A stretch of 64,000 nt of DNA, taken from Eledone cirrhosa (lineage: Eukaryota). Both the position numbers and the translations under genes were made by a program. Below, piece by piece: positions 40,130-53,214 of this stretch; position 1 is the first letter of the stretch, and each line of letters opens with the position of its first letter. The DNA lies in the NCBI GenBank assembly GCA_964016885.1, contig OZ024761.1, positions 21,700,001 to 21,764,000 of the forward strand, given 5' to 3'. The notes beneath the pieces were generated by a model. That model was not told the DNA's origin, made no database searches, and saw nothing but the letters and a program-made list of their open reading frames with translations.

Positions 40130-43100
40130 GTAAATATTTATTCCCTTACTTTCAAAACAATCCATCCTTCCATCTTTATTTTATCTTCCGTTAAAATCCA
40201 TGTTTTTTTTACTGGAGTTAAACCGTTATAATGGACACCGGCTGTCCGGAGTGGTTGGCACGAGGTAATGACTATACAACATACTAGACATATATATTAA
40301 TTATTACAGTAATAATATATAGCCTGGCTATATATAAAGTATATATATATATATATATAATTGAAGGTACCCATTTACGTGTGTTGTATTGAAGCGAATA
40401 ACTGTGTCTACCTATTGAGTACGCTGAGATGCAACCGGTCCTAGCAGTGAAACCCATGCTAGTTCTGTCTACTTATATATATATATGTATATCAGGATTT
40501 TTTTAATCAGTCCGAATCTCTAATACGTATATCTATATTGAATGTATGTGTATATATATATATATATATACATATATATAATATATATGAAACTAAATCA
40601 GTAAAACGGAGAGGTTGAGAAAAGATGTCTGAAAACATCTCTTTTTGTTGATCCAATAAAATTAAATCTGGGACTACTTATAGTGTGTAATACTGGAGAG
40701 TGAGATATGAGGGAAATTTGTCTGCTATTTCGAGCAACCGATACTCACTTGTCTATAAGGAAACTAGTCATCTGTATATCTATTACATATATTTCAGTTA
40801 TGTGAGATAAAGCCTTTACTGTGAAAATACAATAGTAAATATAGAGTAATGTAAATGTTATGTGAGGTAAAGCCTTTACTGTGAAAATACAATAGTATAT
40901 ATAGAGTAATGTAAATGTTATGTGAGATATTATGTGAGGTAAAGCCTTTACTGTGACAATACAATAGTATATATAGAGTAATGTAAATGTTATGTGAGAT
41001 ATTATGTGAGGTAAAGCCTTTACTGTGACAATACAATAGTATGTATAGAGTAATGTAAATGTTATGTGAGATATTATGTGAGGTAAAGCCTTTACTGTGA
41101 AAATACAATAGTAAATATAGAGTAATGTAAATGTTATGTGAGATATTATGTGAGGTAAAGCCTTTACTGTGAAAATACAATAGTAAATATAGAGTAATGT
41201 AAATGTTATGTGAGATATTATGTGAGGTAAAGCCTTTACTGTGAAAATACAATAGTATATATAGAGTAATGTAAATGTTATGTGAGGTAAAGCCTTTACT
41301 GTGAAAATACAATAGTAAATATAGAGTAATGTAAATGTTATGTGAGGTAAAGTCTTTACTGTGAAAATACAATAGTAAATATAGAGTAATGTAAATGTTA
41401 AAGGGTTAATAGAGCCAGAGGTGGTATTGGGCAGGTTCATATCACTAGGGTTAAAATGGATCAGTTTTGTACGGTAGAACCATTTCAGGGAAGTTGGCAC
41501 CAAAATGGTTAATTGAAAATTATAGTTTCTTTCAATAAAAAAAATATGGTAAAGAAAGTGTTAAAGTGACAATTATAATAACTGTGAAGAATGATGATGA
41601 TGATGATGTGAAATATAATTCTGACGTTGTTGTTATTTAGACTATTGAACTTCGTGTCTACCTGAAATCTCTTGGAGCTGATATAAAAGAAGAGAATGGG
41701 GTAGATTTGAGGCAGGACTTGAAAGACATAGTAAAGGCATCTCCTGTCTGTTTTAAAGAACCATCAGACACAGGTATTTATTTTGTATTATTATTTCATT
41801 TACTATCTCCTACCCAACATGTCGCTACCAGTGTCTCCAACTTAACAACATGTCCCGATTACTATCTCCAACCCAACATGTCGCTACCAGCATCTCCAAC
41901 CCAACATGTCCCTATCACTATCTCCAACTGAACATGTTGCTACCAGTGTCCCTCCTCTGCCTATCATTTACAATCTTTCTCAAGTCCTGAGGTCACAGCT
42001 TACCCTAGTTTCAATGTGATGTTAAGTGACAGACAGTACAATATATATTAGCAAATGTAAATATAGGGAACTGACTCTGCTATTATTTGGGACCCGTGTT
42101 TATGTAAATTTATTGAAATTACATTTCTTTGAATTTTCGATTTTTAATTCTTTCAATATCAAACTTGATTTCAGATGTTGAGATGTTTTTCAATGGCGTT
42201 ATCTCTCTCATTATGTTGGTCCCTGAAACAGAAGCTGAAGATATTGTTTCCTTATTTGCCGAGATTATCTCAAAAGCCCTTCCTGGAGACAAAAGGGGTC
42301 ACCTGCGTTTGAGACTGTAAGTTTTTTAAGATCTGGTTTTTTGGGGGGTTTTTTCCCCCTCTGTTACCTAGAGTTGATGTGCCTGATTGACAGGATGTGG
42401 GATGGGATGAGAGAAAAGCTGGGTGCAGGAGAGAAGATTGCACTGGTGTGGACATGTGTATGGATGATGATTGCTGGGTGTAGATGTGTCATGTATTTGG
42501 ATGGTGATTGCTGGTATCGACATGTAATGTGTATAGATGATGATTGCTGGGTGAAGAAGTGGTGGGAGTTCCAACTAAAAAGAAACCAAAGAACCAAAAA
42601 TATAACGAATGTGTTTGTAGCTTTGATTAGTCTTGTGTAGTGTTAAGCTATTTTAACTATTACAGTGTAGTGTAAACTAATTCCTGGCTGTTTTCTCTTC
42701 TGGTTAGACTAACCAATGTCTTCAGTGGACTGGACGAATCCTCCTACCTCCGTTACAATGTTTACTACAGTATGTTACGTCTAGGGAAACAGGCTGATCT
42801 TTTACAAATGGTACCCACTGATCTTACCAAGGTAAGTCTTTAACCCTTTAACATTTACATTACGACCAAGCATAGATGAGTTGAGAGAGAAACTGTATAA
42901 GAGGAATAAGTTGTGTGCAGGAGAGAAGACTGAGATGGTATGGACATGTGATGTGCATGGAGGATGACCGCTGGGTAAAGAAGTGCCAAGAAATCCCAGT
43001 AGAGGTAGACCACGAAAAACATGGGCGGAGTTGGTGAGAGCTGACCTCAGATTGCTGAAGCTCACGGAGGAGATAGGACCCGTCCCACCCTTGCAAGCAG

Positions 43101-45859
43101 GGAAAAGCGGACGTAAAAATATGATGATGATTATTCTATATTTACTCTTGTATTTTTACGGTAAAGGATTTATATCACATAATATCGAATCTAAGAGATT
43201 TTGATATTAAATATTTTGAGGACAATACTTTAACATAGGTATGAGCAGCTGATTATGGCCGGTTTGAACATAAAGCAGTGAAAGGATTCTGGCCGGTTTA
43301 AATGCTAAAAAGTGAACCCTTTTTATATATTGTATCTCAACTCTATCCCATCTGATTCTGTAACAATTCCACTCATCAGCTGCCTTTCAACTGCTATTCT
43401 TTTTATCAATGGATGATTCCCTCTGGGGTCAGCTTTGCTTTACATCCTTTCAGGGAAGGGGTGGTCGATACCTTAGGAGATAGGTTGGCAGAATTATTAA
43501 TGAGTTGATATGTGGTCCAAGTCTGGGCATTTCACGTCCAATTTAATAAAACTAGAAGCAACAGGATTAAAGAGATTTGCTGAGTAAATATATATAACGA
43601 AGGTGTTTTATTTTCAGACAGTCATGTTTTACAGGTGTAAATTACTTTATTTCCAGGTGAAATCTTGGATGGCAATGTGGAACTTACCTGTGGCTAAAAA
43701 CCAGATATTGTTGCGTATGCTTCATGACGCTGTTTTTGATGCTAAAATGAGGTTAGTTGACTGTCATTTCTAGCCAAGCACCATCATTGTTTTATGTCTG
43801 TCTTTTGTGTTTTCATCCTTCCATGGGTTGACTCTTGTAATAATTGTTGTCTGTCTTCTACAGTGACACAGCTACTAAAGTCATGATTGAACTACTGGGG
43901 ACTTACACAGAAGATAATGCCTCACAAGCCAGAGAAGATGCTCACAGGTAACACATCTACCTCTCTCTCTCTTGCATCATAACATATTTAATTACACGTT
44001 GCATATGTTTCACTGTCGATCAGCTCGAGGTACGATTGATTATGTTCGTTCCTGACTCTGGAATCTAAAGCGCTTATATATATATATACTAATATATATA
44101 CATATACATAAAATACATTGTTCTGTGTCTTTCAGATGTATTGTCACCTGTTTAGCTGACCCTGGAACCTTCCTCATGGACCATCTTCTGACACTAAAAC
44201 CTGTCAAGTTCCTCGAAGGAGAACTCATCCATGATGTAAGACTTCTCTTCCTACTTTTGTTTCACAACCTTTTATAATGTAATTACTTTGTCCCATTCAT
44301 TAACAACACCGTTTTACATCCATTCTTCCACGCTAGCATGAGTTAGACGAGTTGTCCTGTTGTGGATAGTGCTAGGTCATTGACCATGCTTTGCTTATAC
44401 ACAACTGTTTCTGGCTTGGTTTCTACAGCTGGATGCCCTTCCTAACACCAACCTCATTTACAGTGAGTGCTGGGTGCTTTTTTGGGAGAGGATGGGACCA
44501 TACTGTCTATATGCTTCAGCTTTTACCCGTGGGAAGTCAGGTCTTCTATATTCTCGATAGCAACCCGCCCAAAACCAGTTGTGGTTCCACCAAACATAAT
44601 CACCTGCTTTAACCCTTTAGCAAACTCTCAGAGGAGATGACACATGACCGGAATCCCCGGCGATATGCAGTAATACAGAAGACCTGACTTCCCATGAGCA
44701 CAAGCTGAGGCATATGTACAGCATGCCCCACCCATACTGTAAAGTGGACATGTAAAAGACACAGCAAAAAGCACCCAGCCCACACTGTAAATGTGGTTGG
44801 CGTTAGGAAGGGCATCCAGCTGTAGAAAACCAGCGAGAAACACCCCTATTTGAGCGAGACACGGTCACCTGACATAACTTGCCTCAAAATAGGACCCGTC
44901 AAATCCATGCTAGCGATGATGATGATATTTCTCACAGTTGTGTCAAAGGCATGACAACCTTTCATGTACACTCACTGCAACGTGGTTATTAACATATCTT
45001 CACCAGTGTTAACAGTGTAAATTATTAAGAGATCTTCCCTATCATCATCATCATCAACATCATCGTTTAACGTCCATTTTCCACGCTAGCATGGGTCTGG
45101 ACGGGAATTGTCCCACTTGAGGCAAGAGTGGCTGTCTTGCTCAGGTCTGTCTGGCGGGTTTTCTACGGCTGGATGCCCTTCCCAACACCAACCACGTTTA
45201 CCGTGTTACCTACACGGCCACATTACAGCGTGGACTGTGTGTTTTTTTGTCGTGACACCTACACGACCTCATTTGTTTCGGACTGGATGTTGTGGTACCA
45301 ACATAACTTTACATTTAAGGGGGTTTTATATTTTATTTTTCAGTTACTCACCATATTTGTAACAGAGAAACTTGCCAAATACAAGACATTTTATGCCAAA
45401 AATACAGACTTCATCAACTCCATTGGTAGGTTTCACTATTGTTCTAATGACTTGATATTGTTTATATACATATATATAATGTTTGCTCTATGGTTCTTAT
45501 ATATTTATCCTTATCGAGCCCTCTTTGGATTTTAGTCTCACATTTATTATTATTATTATTATATATATGAAGGACTAGCATCCGAAACGTTAACACCCTC
45601 TTCCTGCTACATCAAGCGTTAACCTAATATATTCCTTCCATATACTGTACCGATTGTGTTGTTATTTCTGTTTACTTTTTACATATATATATATTGTTGT
45701 AATGACTTGATATATATATATATATATATATATACGTTATTCCGGGTTGAATCGGAGGTAACCACAGTAAGTAAGGTACTCAATACATAGCAGAGTATAA
45801 AAGTTTTAATATAGATGAGATTCTACAGAATGAAACAGTTCTAGTCCTGTAGAATCTCA

Positions 45860-45917
<58 letters not shown>

Positions 45918-48686
45918 AGAGAGAGAGACATTTATTTAACTGAGATCAACACAAAACTCTAGCCTCCCTCCAAGTAAGATCTTCTAACTTCAATGTAGCA
46001 CTTGTAGTGTTCGAAAATGGTGTCCAGGGTGCTACTCTACACTCAAAGTAGATACCCCTGAGCTTCTCTATCAACTTTGGGTACATCCACAAGTTGCATG
46101 GGGCCAAGTCTGGACTGTAGGGAAGATTTGAGACAGTCTTGATCCCCATATCAAGTAGTTGGTCACCAGGATGGAATTGTGGCAGGTGCCACTGACCAGA
46201 CTTTGAGAGTTCTGTCTTCTTGTGACGAAATCTCCTTTTGAACTGCCTCAAAATTTCTACATAGTAGTCTGTGTTGATTGTCTGGCTGTGGGGGACCTAG
46301 TGGATGTAGATGATACCCTTCCTGTCGAAGAATGGGATCATCACGAGCTTCCCAGTTGACCTGCTTTGCCTGGCTGTCTTGAGGGAGTCAGAATATTTCC
46401 ACTGGACACTCTGTCTCTTGGTCTCTGGATTATAACAGTAGACCCAGCTCTTGTCACAGGTTACCATAAAGCATTCTATCCAACGTTCTAACAACTCTGC
46501 CACTTCACCACCTATATATCATCATCATCATTTCATTTTACGTCCGCTTATATAGACAGGTCAATAGTTGCCTAACTCCATTTACAGGTTTATCTCATGA
46601 AAATAACACCCGTAAGATGCGTCTCCTGACATTTATGCAGATGTGTGAAAACAGACGAGAGATTGATTTCTATCAAATCCAGCGAGAATTACAGCTTGAT
46701 GCTGACAAAGTTGAAGACTTTATTATTGATGGTGAGACTTTCTTATTAACCCTTTCAATGCCAGCCCCACCTAACCCTTATTAACCCTTTCAATACCAGC
46801 CCCACCTAACCCTTATTAACCCTTTCAATACCAGCCCCACCTATCCCTTCTTATTAACCCTTTCAATACCATCCCCACCTATCCCTTCTTATTAACCCTT
46901 TCAATACCAACCCCACCTAACCCTTATTAACCCTTTCAATACCAGCCCCACCTAACCCTTATTAACCCTTTCAATACCAGCCCCACCTATCCCTTCTTAT
47001 TAACCCTTTCAATACCATCCCCACCTATCCCTTCTTATTAACCCTTTCAATACCAACCCCACCTAACCCTTATTAACCCTTTCAATACCAGCCCCACCTA
47101 ACCCTTATTAACCCTTTCAATACCAGCCCCACCTATCCCTTCTTATTAACCCTTTCAATACCAGCCCCACCTATCCCTTCTTATTAACCCTTTCAATACC
47201 AACCCCACCTAACCCTTATTAACCCTTTCAATACCAGCCCCACCTAACCCTTATTAACCCTTTCAATAGCAGCCCCACCTATCCCTTCTTATTAAGCCTT
47301 TCAATACCAGCCCCACCTATCCCTTCTTATTAACCCTTTCAATACCATCCCCACCTATCCCTTCTTATTAACCCTTTCAATACCAACCCCACCTAACCCT
47401 TATTAACCCTTTCAATACCAGCCCCACCTAACCCTTATTAACCCTTTCAATAGCAGCCCCACCTATCCCTTCTTATTAACCCTTTCAATACCAGCCCCAC
47501 CTAACCCTTCTTATTAACCCTTTCAATACCAGCCCCACCTATCCCTTCTTATTAACCCTTTCAATACCAGCCCCACCTAACCCTTCTTATTAACCCTTTC
47601 AATACCAGCCCCATCTAACTCTTATTAACCCTTTCAATACCAGCCCCACCTAACCCTTCTTATTAACCCTTTCAATACCAGCCCCACCTATCCCTTCTTA
47701 TTAACCCTTTCAATACCAGCCCCACCTAACCCTTCTTATTAACCCTTTCAATACCAGCCCCATCTATCCCTTCTTGTTAACCCTTTCAATACCAGCCCCA
47801 CCTAACCCTTATTAACCCTTTCAATAGCAGCCCCACCTATCCCTTCTTATTAACCCTTTCAATACCAGCCCCACCTAACCCTTCTTATTAACCCTTTCAA
47901 TACCAGCCCCACCTATCCCTTCTTATTAACCCTTTCAATACCAGCCCCACCTAACCCTTCTTATTAACCCTTTCAATACCAGCCCCATCTAACCCTTATT
48001 AACCCTTTCAATACCAGCCCCACCTAACCCTTCTTATTAACCCTTTCAATACCAGCCCCACCTATCCCTTCTTATTAACCCTTTCAATACCAGCCCCACC
48101 TAACCCTTCTTATTAACCCTTTCAATACCAGCCCCATCTATCCCTTCTTGTTAACCCTTTCAATACCAGCCCCACCTATCCCTTCTTATTAACCCTTTCA
48201 ATACCAGCCCCACCTATCCCTTCTTATTAAGCCTTTCAATACCAACTTCCCCTGTCTATTTTAAAGTGTTTATATAGAGACTATAAGACAAGAATCACTG
48301 GTCAAAGGCGACGGGACCCCAGAGGTTGACCGTGTAGAAGATGTCTCAGTTCATGTACACCTCACATTCTACATCCAATGGAATATGTTCTCTTCTTCCT
48401 ACTCTACATTAACTGACCCTATCTCACTGGCTACCATAGAGTCCTGAGGCAGAGATCTAGAAATCTCACTTGTATAATGTTTCTCTCTTTTCCAGTGTTG
48501 AAGACGAAAGCTGTCCGTGCAAAGATTGACCAAATGCAGAAGAAAGTGTTGGTCAACTCCACTATCCACCGCACCTTCAGTCGGGCACACTGGCAGATGT
48601 TACGCCAGTACTTGCTGCAGTGGCAGTTGAACCTGCAGGAAGTTGGTAACAACTTGCAATCCCTCAGTACTGAACAAAAGATATAA
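40088..48686 (+). CDS. EIF3M: Eukaryotic translation initiation factor 3 subunit M (PCI domain), 10 coding exons, 1137 nt, 378 aa
   Basis: join(40088..40129,41641..41773,42175..42316,42708..42831,43657..43751,43864..43947,44136..44235,45344..45425,46588..46731,48496..48686). All introns GT-AG and in phase. Peptides [78 protein letters not shown] and [19 protein letters not shown] match eIF3m as I recall it. Confidence 0.96.
40796..41408. repeat. 60/72-bp AT-rich tandem array in EIF3M intron 1 ending in aaagggttaa (piggyBac-like terminus)
   Basis: About 9 units gttatgtgaggtaaagcctttactgtgaaaatacaatagtaaatatagagtaatgtaaat, some with a 12-bp insert. Confidence 0.9.
41641..41773 (+). CDS. EIF3M: EIF3M coding exon 2
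   Basis: ttatttag|act; [20 protein letters not shown]...CFKEPSDT; cag|gtattt. Confidence 0.92.
42175..42316 (+). CDS. EIF3M: EIF3M coding exon 3
   Basis: tttcag|at; [15 protein letters not shown]...GHLRLRL; ct|gtaagt. Confidence 0.92.
42708..42831 (+). CDS. EIF3M: EIF3M coding exon 4
   Basis: gttag|a; [21 protein letters not shown]...VPTDLTK; aag|gtaagt. Confidence 0.92.
42840..43316. mobile_element. piggyBac-like MITE (TTAA CCCTTT terminus) interrupted by an RTE 3' fragment (~42865-43130)
   Basis: ttaaccctttaacatttacattac; resumes after gatgatgat; degenerate right end aatgctaaaaagtgaa; RTE peptide RGRPRKTW. Confidence 0.55.
43657..43751 (+). CDS. EIF3M: EIF3M coding exon 5
   Basis: ttccag|gtg; [31 protein letters not shown]; ag|gttagt. 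Confidence 0.92.
43864..43947 (+). CDS. EIF3M: EIF3M coding exon 6
   Basis: ctacag|t; [27 protein letters not shown]; ag|gtaaca. Confidence 0.95.
44136..44235 (+). CDS. EIF3M: EIF3M coding exon 7
   Basis: tttcag|a; [33 protein letters not shown]; gat|gtaaga. Confidence 0.95.
44310..45320. mobile_element. Three RTE-tail/SINE-like repeats in intron 7 (-, +, - orientation)
   Basis: Shared ccacgctagcatgg and ctggatgcccttcctaacaccaacc blocks with (GAT)n tails; homologous to the 3' UTR of the RTE at 50423-51140. Confidence 0.75.
45344..45425 (+). CDS. EIF3M: EIF3M coding exon 8
   Basis: ttttcag|tta; [27 protein letters not shown]; g|gtaggt. Confidence 0.95.
45945..46510 (-). mobile_element. Degraded mariner transposase fragment in intron 8
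   Basis: [22 protein letters not shown] and [17 protein letters not shown]. Confidence 0.85.
46588..46731 (+). CDS. EIF3M: EIF3M coding exon 9
   Basis: tttacag|gt; [21 protein letters not shown]...VEDFIID; g|gtgaga. Confidence 0.95.
46741..48245. repeat. 35/38-bp minisatellite (~41 copies) filling most of intron 9
   Basis: Unit ttattaaccctttcaataccagccccacctaaccc(ttc). Confidence 0.95.
48496..48686 (+). CDS. EIF3M: EIF3M terminal coding exon 10
   Basis: ctcttttccag|tg; [34 protein letters not shown]...LSTEQKI stop. Confidence 0.95.
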
Positions 48687-48815
48687 AGAAGACAAGATGA
48701 GAGAGATAGGGACTTGCAGTTTGGTAGAGAGATGGTGTGGATAAGGAGAGAGAGGCTCTCAGCCAACTTACAAGAGAATAATATTGTATGATGTAATATC
48801 TGACAGAATTATCAA

Positions 48816-48821
48816 AATAAA
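48816..48821 (+). terminator. Candidate poly(A) signal AATAAA
   Basis: First AATAAA ~130 nt after the stop, followed by a GT/T-rich stretch. Confidence 0.45.
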
Positions 48822-48994
48822 CAATTTAAAGAGTTGCTGCGAGTTTTTGTTAAACTATTTACTGTGCTGCAGAGAAGAGAAAGCTGGGCTGATCCCAGAA
48901 GATGACAAAGGGGATCACATGTTGCTCTCACTCTGCAATGTTGGCACAGTCAAGGTTAGAGACAAAGTGTTATGTATATATATATATATATATG

Positions 48995-49029
<35 letters not shown>

Positions 49030-49536
49030 AGTAAGTATGTTTTGAAACAGTGAGCAGGTTTGAAATTAGAAAATATATAGCTTTCACCGTATTTTTGACT
49101 AAAGGAATTTTAGCCTGATAATGGGGTTTAGAACCCTCAGATAAATGGAAAAAGATGAGTATTGACGTACATATATATATATATTTATATATATGGAGGC
49201 ACATGGCTTAGTGGTTAGAGCATTGGCCTTGCAATCGAAAGGTTGTGAGTTCAATTCTCAGACCGGGTGATGTGTTGTTTCCTTGAGCAAGACACTCCAT
49301 CTATTGTTGATCCTTCTGCGACCGACAGATGCTATTAGCAATTGGAGAGACCAATGGAAACATTGTCTCCTCGGTCCGGTTTGATGAGCTCCACCCCACT
49401 CAGTGAATGGGATCTGGGATTTTGTCGATCAACTAATATGTATATATAAATATATTTATATTAAGAAATGGAAAATATCTTTATAACAACATACAATATA
49501 TTAACAAATGGAAACTATATTTATAAAACCATATTT

Positions 49537-49600
49537 ATTTCAATATACATATTTCAAGGGCCACCAGAGCAAACTATGGTGCACTTTCATCAGATAAAAT
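49537..49600 (-). ncRNA. Type I hammerhead motif (family A), diverged stem I
   Basis: attttat-CTGATGA-aagtgcacc...ggtggccctt-GAAA-tatgta-TA-ttgaaat. Confidence 0.6.
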
Positions 49601-49964
49601 ATAACCTCTACATTTATAACAACATATATATTTTATACATATTTCAAGGATACTAGATTATATTTTATCTGTAGAGATAAAATGTTTCTGTGCACTGCTT
49701 CAAATCTGTTATAAACTTCGCGCTGTTGAATATTCATCAACAAAGCATATAACTCGTTTATATATGTACACACACATATATAAGCAAAAATAAATTACTT
49801 ATACCTGCTCTTAACTCTTACCTTCTGCGCTTAACTCTCATTAAATATTAACCTCACTATAATATTTAACATTGCATCTCTAAGCATTGCGCACACTTTG
49901 CTTCGGCTATTGGCATCTAATATATCATATTTCTTTCTCTTCTACTCTTATAATATATGTCCTG

Positions 49965-50010
<46 letters not shown>

Positions 50011-50135
50011 TTAAGGTAAACATTGATGCAATTCAATTCAAGCACTCTACGTATTTTTCCACATAGGAAAATGGAATATATATAGAATAAGAAAATGCGA
50101 CGTAGTTTCAGATGTTAAAGTCCTTTATTGGTAAT

Positions 50136-50210
50136 ACTGTGATATATATTTCAATGAAGACAGTGGCCACATGATTACGTGTACCCAGTGCCGTGATCTC
50201 ATCAGACAGC
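50136..50210 (-). ncRNA. Type I hammerhead motif with long stem II
   Basis: gctgt-CTGATGA-[46 nt]-GAAA-tatata-TC-acagt, followed by aataaa and a tail to (TA)n. Confidence 0.6.
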
Positions 50211-50422
50211 TTCTTATATAACAACGTTCCGTTCCCGAGGTAATCAAATTCAATTTAAACGTCCGTATAGAGCTAGTAAACTATGACAGACTAAGGGTGG
50301 TATTGAGGACTCCTTACAGTTGGTAATCAAAAAGAGCTAGTGAGACAAGTGATCAAATAATATATGTATAAATAGATATATAAGCATATATGTATATTAT
50401 ATATATATATACATATATATAT

Positions 50423-53150
50423 ATCATCATCAGCGTTTAACGTCTATCTTCCACGCTAGCATGGGTTAGACGGGAGTTGTCCCAATTTGAGGCAAGGTTG
50501 GTCGGGTGACCGTGTCTCGCTCATATAGGACTGTCTGGCAGGTTTTCTACGGCTGGATGCCTTTCCTAACACCAACCGCATTTACAGTGTGGACTGTATG
50601 TTTTTTGTCGTGACACCTACATGATCTCGATCTCATTATCTCATTTATTTGGACTGGATGTTGTCCTAACCTTACAGAGAAAGGGGAGTGGGAGGATGGA
50701 GTAGGATTGGGGTGTATATTTGGTTAAGAGGTGCCTACTGACTAGGTTTCGCTTTGTACATAGGCAAGGTTTACCTGTGATCCCACTACATCTTTTATGT
50801 ACCCATAGTTTGCATTTGGGACATAAAATGGAATTTCTGCCTACTCCTTTCCTACACACTGAGCAAGGCCATTTTCCTTCCTACAAACTAGAACTTTTGT
50901 CTTAGACAAGTTAACTTTAAGGCCTTCCTAACACCAACCACGTTTACAGTGTGGACTGGGAGGTTTTTACCGTGTTACCTACACGGCCACATTACAGCGT
51001 GGACTGTGTTTTTTTGTTGTGACACCTACACGACCTCATTTGTTTTGGACTGGATGTTGTGGTACCAACTTAACTTCACATTGAAGGGAGTGGTGTGGAT
51101 GGGGTGGGGGTAGTGGGACGAGGGTGTATTTTGTTAGAGGTGCCTACTGACTGTAGTAGGTTTCGCTTTGTACAAGGTGGGTCTTCTGTATTACTGTGTA
51201 GCGCCAAAGATCTCGGTCCAGTGACATTGTCTTGGAGAGGTGTAAGTGTGTGAAGTCGGAATTTATCAAGTCGTCCCAGGTTTTTCTGGGTCTGCCTACT
51301 CCGTGGCTACCGTCTATTTTTATCGCTCTGCACTTTTTTATACAGCTGTCGTCTTTCATGCGCATCACGTGGCCATACCAACATAGTCTTCTCTCGAGTA
51401 AACAACATCTGATCCCTCTTATTTCTCCCTTAGTTTGTTTATGCTTTGCCGTTCACGTATATTACTATTACACATCCAGCGGAGCATGCAAGCTTCGTTT
51501 CTCTCCAGTCTGCGTATATCCTCTGCACACAATGCCCTGGTCTCACTGCCATGTAACATTGCTGTTCGTACGCAGGCATCATAGAGCCTGCCTTTCATTT
51601 TTAGGGAGAACCCTTTAGCGGCCAATAGTGGTATAAGCTCTCTGAACTTTTTCCATCCCGTTCTGACTCTAGCTACTGTACTTTCAGAGCACCCTCCCCC
51701 ACTGCTGATTTTGTTACCCAGGTAACGGAAGCTGTCCACTATTTCTATAGAACCATCTGTGCAATGGAATGAGTTAGTATTCTGTGGGCACTTGCTGCTA
51801 CTTATTGCACCAGAGCACCGGCCACATATAAAATCTATATTCTTAGTTAGCTTACCTGTGATCCCACTACATCTTTTATGCATTTCGGACATAAAATGGA
51901 GTTTCTGCCTACTCCTTTCCTACACACTGAGCATGGCCATTTCCCAGATGGGACCGGTGCCCTATTTTCCTTCCTACAAACTAGAACTTTAGTCTTAGAC
52001 AAGTTAACTTTAAGGCCTTTTGATTCTAGGCCATGCTTCCATGTTTGGAATTTCTTCTCTAGTTCAGCCATTGATTCAGCTATGAGTGTTAGATCATCTG
52101 CATATAGGAGTTCCCATGGGCAGCTGGTCTTGAACTCCTCTGTTATAGCCTGTAGAGTAATAATAAATAGTAGGGGGCTAAGAACGGAGCCCTGATGAAC
52201 ACCAACTTTTACGCTAAACTCTTCATGATATTCGTTGTTAATTCTAACCTTGCTGACTGTTTCTTTATACATGGCTTGTAAAGTTCTCACAAGCCATTCA
52301 TCAACACCTAGTTTTCTAAGAGCCCACCAGATAAGAGCGGGGGACTCTGTCAAAGGCTTTCTCCAAGTCAACAAAAGCTAAGTATAGTGGTTTACTTTTA
52401 GCTAGGTACTTCTTCTGTAGTTGTCGTACAATGAAAAGAGCGTCTTTTACCTGAGACAAACCGGAACTGCATTTCATCTAGATCAATTCGTTCTCTGATT
52501 AGTTGCGCTATTACTTTTTCTGTGACCTTCATGACCTGGTCGATTAATTTAATGCCTCTATAGTTACCCCTATCTAGGGCATCTCCTTTACCCTTGTAGC
52601 AGTTAATGATGATGCTGCTACGCCAGTCCTTCGGAACGACCCCATTCTGTATGACTTGGTTTACTATCCGGGTGACCATGGTGTGTCCCGCCGTTCCAGA
52701 TGCTTTCAGCATTTCAGCAACTATTTCCAAAGGCCCAGCCGCCTTACCCCTCTTCATATCTATGATTGCCTTACTTATTATACTACCTTCAACTAGCACT
52801 GCTGGTCCCTCTATTGGATCGATGTGGGGGAGACTGTCTTTCTCGCATTTATTCTCCTCATTTAGTAGCCTTTCGTAGTGACACTTCCAAGCTACTTTCT
52901 TATCAGCGTCAGTACACCATCATCATTAAGGACACACTTCTCCCCTACAATATCACTGTTTTCCTTGACACATTGCCTAGCAATCCTGAACACCTCACGT
53001 TTTTGGTCCTCGCGTTGTAGAACATGCTTGAACTTTCTTTCCTCTGCTTCCCTTCTTGCGAAGTACACTTGTCTCCTAGCTTCCCTCCTGGCTACTTGAT
53101 AGTCTTCTCTACTTCCCCCATACTTTCCAAGCCTGCTTTTTGGCCTTAAT
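50423..53150 (-). mobile_element. Degraded RTE-clade LINE (RT, Cys-rich insert, 3' UTR with (GAT)n tail), partly duplicated
   Basis: YKGKGDALDRGNYRGIKL, GVHQGSVLSPLLF, ELLYADDL, FRYLG and GRPRKTW; frameshifted. Confidence 0.92.
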
Positions 53151-53214
53151 TGACTCCACCACCATGTTACTCTCCTCCTACCTACGGGCCTGCTCCAGCC
53201 ACAGACTTCATCTG

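Noticed and set aside
40745-41503. 252-aa and 192-aa minus-strand ORFs
   Set aside because: They arise from a 60/72-bp tandem array (multiples of 3) within EIF3M intron 1.
46741-48245. Interstitial telomere (cctaaccc motifs)
   Set aside because: Only isolated CCTAACCC words within a 35/38-bp unit; no (TTAGGG)n run.
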